Shown: positions 59,006 through 64,000 of the stretch, piece by piece
Layout of the letters: each line of letters begins with the position of its first letter
Numbering within the stretch: the first letter of the stretch is position 1
DNA from: an uncultured archaeon
GTDB lineage: Archaea; Asgardarchaeota; Thorarchaeia; Thorarchaeales; Thorarchaeaceae
Direction of reading: 5' to 3'
DNA: 64,000 nt
NCBI GenBank assembly: GCA_964558645.1
Contig: CAZLEV010000003.1
Coordinates: 64,001 to 128,000, forward strand
Position numbers and translations under genes: made by a program
Notes under the pieces: generated by a model
Database searches by the model: none
Seen by the model: the letters and a program-made list of their open reading frames with translations, nothing else
What the model was told of the DNA's origin: nothing

Positions 59006-61198
59006 ATGTCCATGAGTGACCTTGATGGCAATCTTGCTCTGAGAATAGTAGACGAAACAAGGCAGATTGCTGACCGTCTCGGAATCACTTCCGAGCACTC
59101 CCAGCGTCATGTTATGGAATGCACACGTCTGGCGTCACTCAACTGGCTTTATCGCCGCACATACGGCCACAGAAATGCGGTTGATGAACTGTTCTTTCGA
59201 AGGCTTACATTCTTTGGAGAGAAATTAGGACTCGATCAGTCGCGTGTTGTCGACGATGTCCGACAGCTCCTGGAGGCATTCCGCAGTAGCAGTTTGATGG
59301 AAGAACTTGGGCGTTCTCCGTGTTATAGTCCTACAAGCCTTATGCTGAAACTCCATTCGATAGGGGCCTTTAGACCTATTAGCCATTCTATGGTTCAGAA
59401 AAGACGGCGCATTCTTGGAAGCTACTTCACGCCTATGCCTTTGGCTCAACATATCGTTGGAATCACCCTCGGACCTTGGCTGGAAGAGAGAAACCTGCGA
59501 GAGAGCTCTTCCGCTTGGGAGCGCGCTGCCCGTGATTTCACACTAATCGACCCGGCCTGCGGCCCGGGGGCGTTTCTTCTTTCTGCGGTTGATTATCTGT
59601 CTAGCCAGCTCAAGCGGAAATGTGACAGGACTAACTACAGACGGAATCTGTCCTTGTTTGTTGATGGTCTCTATGGAGTTGAACTTGATGGGGCTAGTGT
59701 GGAGGTTGCTCATAGAGTGCTAAACCACAGGTTGACAGAGCTTGGGCTGGAGAAGCCGATACCTAGTTCACACATAATTCAAGGTGATTCCTTGATTGGT
59801 TTTCTTAGGGAGCAATCAGGTGCTCCGAAGGAGTATCTATCTAGCCCATCGATCAATGAATTCAATTGGAACGAACGTTTTGAGTGCGAGATGCTGGAGC
59901 AAGGCGGATTCCGTTTTGTGGTGATGAATCCTCCATATGACAGACTCCATCCAAGCCGTGCTGAGTACATCAGAGAGCGCCTTTCTCAAGGCGAACGCGA
60001 AGTCGATATGGAAGGTTTTGAGGCATACAAGACTGAGTTGAAACAAAGAGTTGAGTACTTCAGGAACTCTGGTGAATATAGCCTTGCAAACAAGTACACC
60101 TTAGATACTCACAGGCTGTTCATCGAGCGAGCACTTCGCATCTCAAGAAGTGACGCTCGACTAGGTTTCATCGTTCCTGCATCGGTTCTCGGGGACCTCT
60201 CGGCTGCAGCTTTGAGAGAGGAGATCCTCACCAAGCACTCCATCTATCGCCTTGAAGAATACCAAGAAGGATCCTCGCTTTTCCCCAACGTGACACAGGC
60301 CCTCTGTATTATGAGTGTGAAGAAGGGAAGCCCCAGTGGTATCATCCCTGCTGCTTTCGGTCTTCGGCATCTGCATTCTCGTTCAAAGTTACGACTCGAG
60401 AGTATCTCTGTTCAAAGGATAGAAAACCTCTCAGGAAGTGAGTATATCATTCCACGCTTGAAGTCACAGGATTGGCAGATACTTGACATTATACACAAGC
60501 ATGCAAGCTTGAACAGGCATGACTGGGTACGTATATGTAGAGGGGAGCTTGACCTCACTCTGGATAAGAATCTGATAAGTGCAGATAATGATAAGCCTCC
60601 ACTTCTCAGAGGGTCACACATCAGAAGATTCGTTCATACCTCGAGTATTGAGATTGAGGACTTCGTCGACTATGATGCTTTCAAAGAGAAGCATAGCACC
60701 TCGGAACGCATTGCTCACTCGGAGCGGGAGCGAATCGCTTGTCAGCAGGTCTCGAATCGGAAGCAACGCTGGAGGTTGAAATTCGCGCTCGTGGAACCTC
60801 ATGTAGTGTTGGCAAACTCCTGCAACTACCTGACTCTTACCTGCTGTGGGAGTAGGCCTCTCCTCCTATACCTCTTAGGGGTTCTGAACTCCTCACTCCT
60901 AAACTGGCGGTTTGACATCACAAATACCAACAATCATGTTTCCAATAGAGAACTGGGGCACCTGCCGATTCCGTCGCCTTTTGATTTAACCCCAGAAGCA
61001 GAGCATCTTTACGATGCGATTGTGAAGGATGTCGGAGCTATATTGAACGGAGACACAGATTGTAGTCACAGACTAGAAGGACATGTATTTCAACTCTATG
61101 AGATACCTTCTGCACAAGCCCGAATCGTTCTATCTCACCTTGCCGCAGAGGAGAGAGAAGTCGAAGCTATCGTGCGAGGAATGGATGAAGCCATGTAA
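59006..61198 (+). CDS. N6-adenine DNA methyltransferase (Alw26I/Eco31I/Esp3I type, gamma class)
   Basis: GSYFTP, IDPACGPGAFL (motif I), NPPY (motif IV), GELDLT, NSCNY, NNHVSNREL. Confidence 0.88.
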   Translation: MSMSDLDGNLALRIVDETRQIADRLGITSEHSQRHVMECTRLASLNWLYRRTYGHRNAVDELFFRRLTFFGEKLGLDQSRVVDDVRQLLEAFRSSSLMEELGRSPCYSPTSLMLKLHSIGAFRPISHSMVQKRRRILGSYFTPMPLAQHIVGITLGPWLEERNLRESSSAWERAARDFTLIDPACGPGAFLLSAVDYLSSQLKRKCDRTNYRRNLSLFVDGLYGVELDGASVEVAHRVLNHRLTELGLEKPIPSSHIIQGDSLIGFLREQSGAPKEYLSSPSINEFNWNERFECEMLEQGGFRFVVMNPPYDRLHPSRAEYIRERLSQGEREVDMEGFEAYKTELKQRVEYFRNSGEYSLANKYTLDTHRLFIERALRISRSDARLGFIVPASVLGDLSAAALREEILTKHSIYRLEEYQEGSSLFPNVTQALCIMSVKKGSPSGIIPAAFGLRHLHSRSKLRLESISVQRIENLSGSEYIIPRLKSQDWQILDIIHKHASLNRHDWVRICRGELDLTLDKNLISADNDKPPLLRGSHIRRFVHTSSIEIEDFVDYDAFKEKHSTSERIAHSERERIACQQVSNRKQRWRLKFALVEPHVVLANSCNYLTLTCCGSRPLLLYLLGVLNSSLLNWRFDITNTNNHVSNRELGHLPIPSPFDLTPEAEHLYDAIVKDVGAILNGDTDCSHRLEGHVFQLYEIPSAQARIVLSHLAAEEREVEAIVRGMDEAM

Positions 61199-61245
61199 CG
61201 CCACGCACTACATTTTTCAGTGTAACAGAGAATTCCAGTCTGCAC

Positions 61246-62511
61246 TTGGTGTACTTGATGACCATCGACTTGAGACCTGAAACCACGGATGAGAATAGAG
61301 CTGTTCTCTATAATCATGGGGCTCCTTCTCTCAGTGATCTTGACATCGAAATCATCAAGTCGGTGCCGCCTGGGGGCAACTGGGAAGACATACCTCTCAC
61401 TATTGCCAGGAAATCCAAGAGAATCATGCAGATTCGAAGGTCTGGTGGTCGTACAACATACTATGGTCGTTTAAGGAATGACCTCCCAAGCTACACCGTT
61501 AGCACATACTTCTACCGTCCCGGGAATGGTAGCTTCGCGCACCCTGTGCAAGACCGCATGATCTCGGTTCGAGAGGCAGCCAGGCTCCAGTCTTTCTTCG
61601 ATGACTACAGGTTTTTGGGCTCAGTAAGCTCCCAGTACAAACAGGTGGGGAATGCAGTACCACCTCTGCTTGCAAGGGCTGTTGGTATGACAATCCCTCG
61701 TGGAAAAGCTGTAGATTTGTTCTGTGGAGCGGGCGGCCTGTCGTGCGGCCTTCAGCTCGCAGGACATGAAATTGCGGTTGCCTCTGATGTGGAGAAGGCA
61801 ATGTGTGAGACATACTCATTCAATCATCCCAGTGTGAAGACCATACAGGCAGACATCTCTAACCCTAACGAATATGCGGCATTGATGTCTGCTATAGATG
61901 AATCTCTGGGAACTGATAAGCTCAGTTTGTTGGTGGGGGGCCCGCCCTGCCAAGGATTCTCAACCGCTGGAAAGTGGAGCCTATCAGACAATCGCAACAA
62001 TCTCATCGGCATCATGGTTAGGGCAATTGAAGACTTGTCACCAGACTTCTTCCTTATAGAAAATGTGACCGGGCTCTCATGGATTGGAAAGGGCAGAATC
62101 CTGAGGGGGTTGATTGAAAGGATTGAAGCGCTGGGATATGCCGTAGACTGGTTCATTCTGAAAGCTGAGCAATTCGGCGTTCCTCAGAGGAGAAGGCGTG
62201 TGTTCATTGTAGGTTCCTCTACGGAAAATGAACCACTAAGAAGACCTATGCCCCTGTTTTCAGCGATCAAGACTGGCACCAACCGTGCTGAACCCGCCTA
62301 CGACCCCCCTAATCTCCCCAAGCCTGTTTCCGTCATTGAGGCGATTTCTGATCTTCCTCCTTTGGAGACCGGCGAGGTCTATGAATCCTCTAACTATTCG
62401 ATATCTGATCCAGAATATGAATACCAGAAAGCAATGAGAGGCATCACAGATGTCAGTGATTTTCTCAAGCGACGAGCAGATCCGCAAGCGCATGACTCCC
62501 GCACCTTGTAA
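61246..62511 (+). CDS. DNA (cytosine-5) methyltransferase with circularly permuted motifs
   Basis: Motifs IX (ISVREAARLQSF) and X (YKQVGNAVPP) precede I (DLFCGAGG), IV (GGPPCQGFS), VI (ENV) and VIII (PQRRRRVF). Confidence 0.92.
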   Translation: MVYLMTIDLRPETTDENRAVLYNHGAPSLSDLDIEIIKSVPPGGNWEDIPLTIARKSKRIMQIRRSGGRTTYYGRLRNDLPSYTVSTYFYRPGNGSFAHPVQDRMISVREAARLQSFFDDYRFLGSVSSQYKQVGNAVPPLLARAVGMTIPRGKAVDLFCGAGGLSCGLQLAGHEIAVASDVEKAMCETYSFNHPSVKTIQADISNPNEYAALMSAIDESLGTDKLSLLVGGPPCQGFSTAGKWSLSDNRNNLIGIMVRAIEDLSPDFFLIENVTGLSWIGKGRILRGLIERIEALGYAVDWFILKAEQFGVPQRRRRVFIVGSSTENEPLRRPMPLFSAIKTGTNRAEPAYDPPNLPKPVSVIEAISDLPPLETGEVYESSNYSISDPEYEYQKAMRGITDVSDFLKRRADPQAHDSRTL

Positions 62512-62547
62512 GAACATCGGAAATGGTTTATAGCACATAACTATTTC

Positions 62548-64000
62548 ATGTCGTCCGTCGTTGCCCCAACAAGGAGAATCAGTTCAGTGATACGTTCTGC
62601 GTATCTTATAGACCTCATAGGCTCGAAGATCCTGTCAGAGATGAGCTTCGAGAACGAGAGTATGGTGAAGACCAGATTTGGCTTGATTATGGAGAGGATC
62701 TACAATCTTGTTGAGCGTGAACCCGACGCAGGATGCACCACAATCAGTGCGATAGACTTCAAGTGTCTGGTTGGCCGTCTGGATGAACGGACTGCGTTGC
62801 TTTGTGTCATCGAGGGAGAGCAGTGTGATGCTGAAGAGATGTCCGGTTTCAAGAAACTCAGAACGGCAGTTCAGGATTTGATTGCATCATCATCAGCCCT
62901 CGAAGAGAAGGACAGTTTTCCCTCCATGGCATCCGATATTCTCCAAAAGGACGTGAGAGTATGCTTCATCAGTCCCTCGAAGCCCCCTCCGCGGAACCGA
63001 ACTGGGCTGGCGGTCAGTCGAGTCGTTCAGCAAAAAGAGAAGGACGGTGATATTTTCACATCGGCGTTTTCGTTTGGTCCCTTAGGTGTGAGATTCTGCC
63101 AGATTGATCTTGATGCCGCTGCTTCCCGAGGTCTCCCCTCAGAGATGCAATCTTGCGACGTATACGCCATTGTCGTCAATTCCGAGGCTGAAACAGACGA
63201 GATCCGTTCCGTTGTACCAAGGGTCAGAGAAGTATATAGCGATGAAATAGTCATCGTACCCGGCCACGAAGAGTGTTTGGAATTGGCTCGCGACCTTGAG
63301 TATGAACTTGACCTCGTGCTATCCGATGCTTCATCTGGCGATCCAACTCATTTGGTTCTCTCCGCACTTGCAATGAGTGGGCTCATGGACATGCATCCCG
63401 AGCTCGCAATGAAACGCTGGAAGATTGAGGGATTCGAGAAGGATGAACAAGACGAGGTTCTCAGTGAAGAGAAAGTCCTCGGGCACCAAGCCTTCTTTGT
63501 TGTTGACAAGAACTTGGGTGATGCAATCTACACATACTATTACGAATCAAAGTCATCGGTTCTTTCACGGGCCCCAAACATTGTAGCGGCCTTGTCGATG
63601 TTCAATGTGGAATCCATGCAGCAGATGAAGACTGAGGTGTTCAAAGCAGGGAATCTCACCTACATCATGATAGAACGGGGTGACCTCATCTTCACTCTGA
63701 TAACAGGGAACAGGGCTGATGTGGACGAACTCAGACAGACTTTCTCGTTTCTGCCAGATCTGTACGCAGACGAGCAGCCCGAAGAGGTTGCGGCAGGAGA
63801 TGACCTTTATGCATCTCCACCATTTACCCTCAAACTTCTTGCCACTCTTCCTCCTGAAACACTCTCAAATCGAATGGCTCCATATCGTCTCTCCGCTCCC
63901 GATTGGGATCATTTCAAGTCAGATCTCGTGCGTGACTTTCTGATGGCTGTCTGGAACACGGTTGATGGCTCGTTAACTATCGAAACAATTGTACAGGGTG
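62548..64000 (+). CDS. Hypothetical multidomain protein, longin-like domains flanking a degenerate small-GTPase-like domain (partial, runs off the window)
   Basis: Stop-free frame from ATG 62548 to the edge by manual translation; IRSAYLIDLIG.. and QAFFVVDKNLGDAIYTYYY...LTYIMIERGDLIFTLIT resemble longin strands. Domain identity is inferred. Confidence 0.6.
   Translation, partial: MSSVVAPTRRISSVIRSAYLIDLIGSKILSEMSFENESMVKTRFGLIMERIYNLVEREPDAGCTTISAIDFKCLVGRLDERTALLCVIEGEQCDAEEMSGFKKLRTAVQDLIASSSALEEKDSFPSMASDILQKDVRVCFISPSKPPPRNRTGLAVSRVVQQKEKDGDIFTSAFSFGPLGVRFCQIDLDAAASRGLPSEMQSCDVYAIVVNSEAETDEIRSVVPRVREVYSDEIVIVPGHEECLELARDLEYELDLVLSDASSGDPTHLVLSALAMSGLMDMHPELAMKRWKIEGFEKDEQDEVLSEEKVLGHQAFFVVDKNLGDAIYTYYYESKSSVLSRAPNIVAALSMFNVESMQQMKTEVFKAGNLTYIMIERGDLIFTLITGNRADVDELRQTFSFLPDLYADEQPEEVAAGDDLYASPPFTLKLLATLPPETLSNRMAPYRLSAPDWDHFKSDLVRDFLMAVWNTVDGSLTIETIVQG

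Noticed and set aside
1-64000. CRISPR arrays, rRNA genes, and the many short overlapping ORFs in the track
   Set aside because: No regularly spaced repeats or rRNA-like sequence seen; the short ORFs overlap well-supported genes in other frames or strands

Overview
Archaeal genomic window. Evidence: TFB, BRE/TATA promoters, GGAGGTG-type RBS and a class I CysRS. A longin/GTPase-like multidomain ORF at the right edge suggests an Asgard archaeon, possibly Thorarchaeia-like (inference). From left to right: (1) 1-8.2 kb housekeeping and accessory genes: TldD, CoA-disulfide reductase/NADH oxidase, macrodomain plus degenerate macrodomain plus Nudix, TFB, a class V aminotransferase, and a tandem-wHTH/PD-(D/E)XK-like protein. 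(2) A ~28.5 kb catabolic island (8.35-36.9 kb) of amide hydrolases (three C45, M24, M20, M14, M19), three PLP enzymes, two MmgE/PrpD proteins, an aspartate dehydrogenase-like protein, two paralogous MFS transporters and an Opp/Dpp ABC importer. A recurring ATATTC/GAATAT motif sits in its promoters, and two of its metallo-hydrolases have lost metal ligands. (3) A feoA, split-feoB, feoC-like, DtxR operon with palindromic operators, divergent from a LarA-family gene. (4) cysS, a TPR protein and an MFS. (5) A ~9.8 kb low-GC island (small secreted Trp-rich protein, membrane-anchored protein, two FtsX-type permeases, ABC ATPase, truncated IS5-type transposase). It is bracketed by a 391-bp direct repeat that duplicates tRNA-Cys(GCA) and the MFS 3' end. 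(6) A membrane-anchored double SagB/nitroreductase, an Eco31I/Alw26I-type m6A MTase plus circularly permuted m5C MTase with no adjacent endonuclease, and a partial longin-like protein. No CRISPR array or rRNA was seen. All family assignments come from motif recognition by eye; no database search was run.
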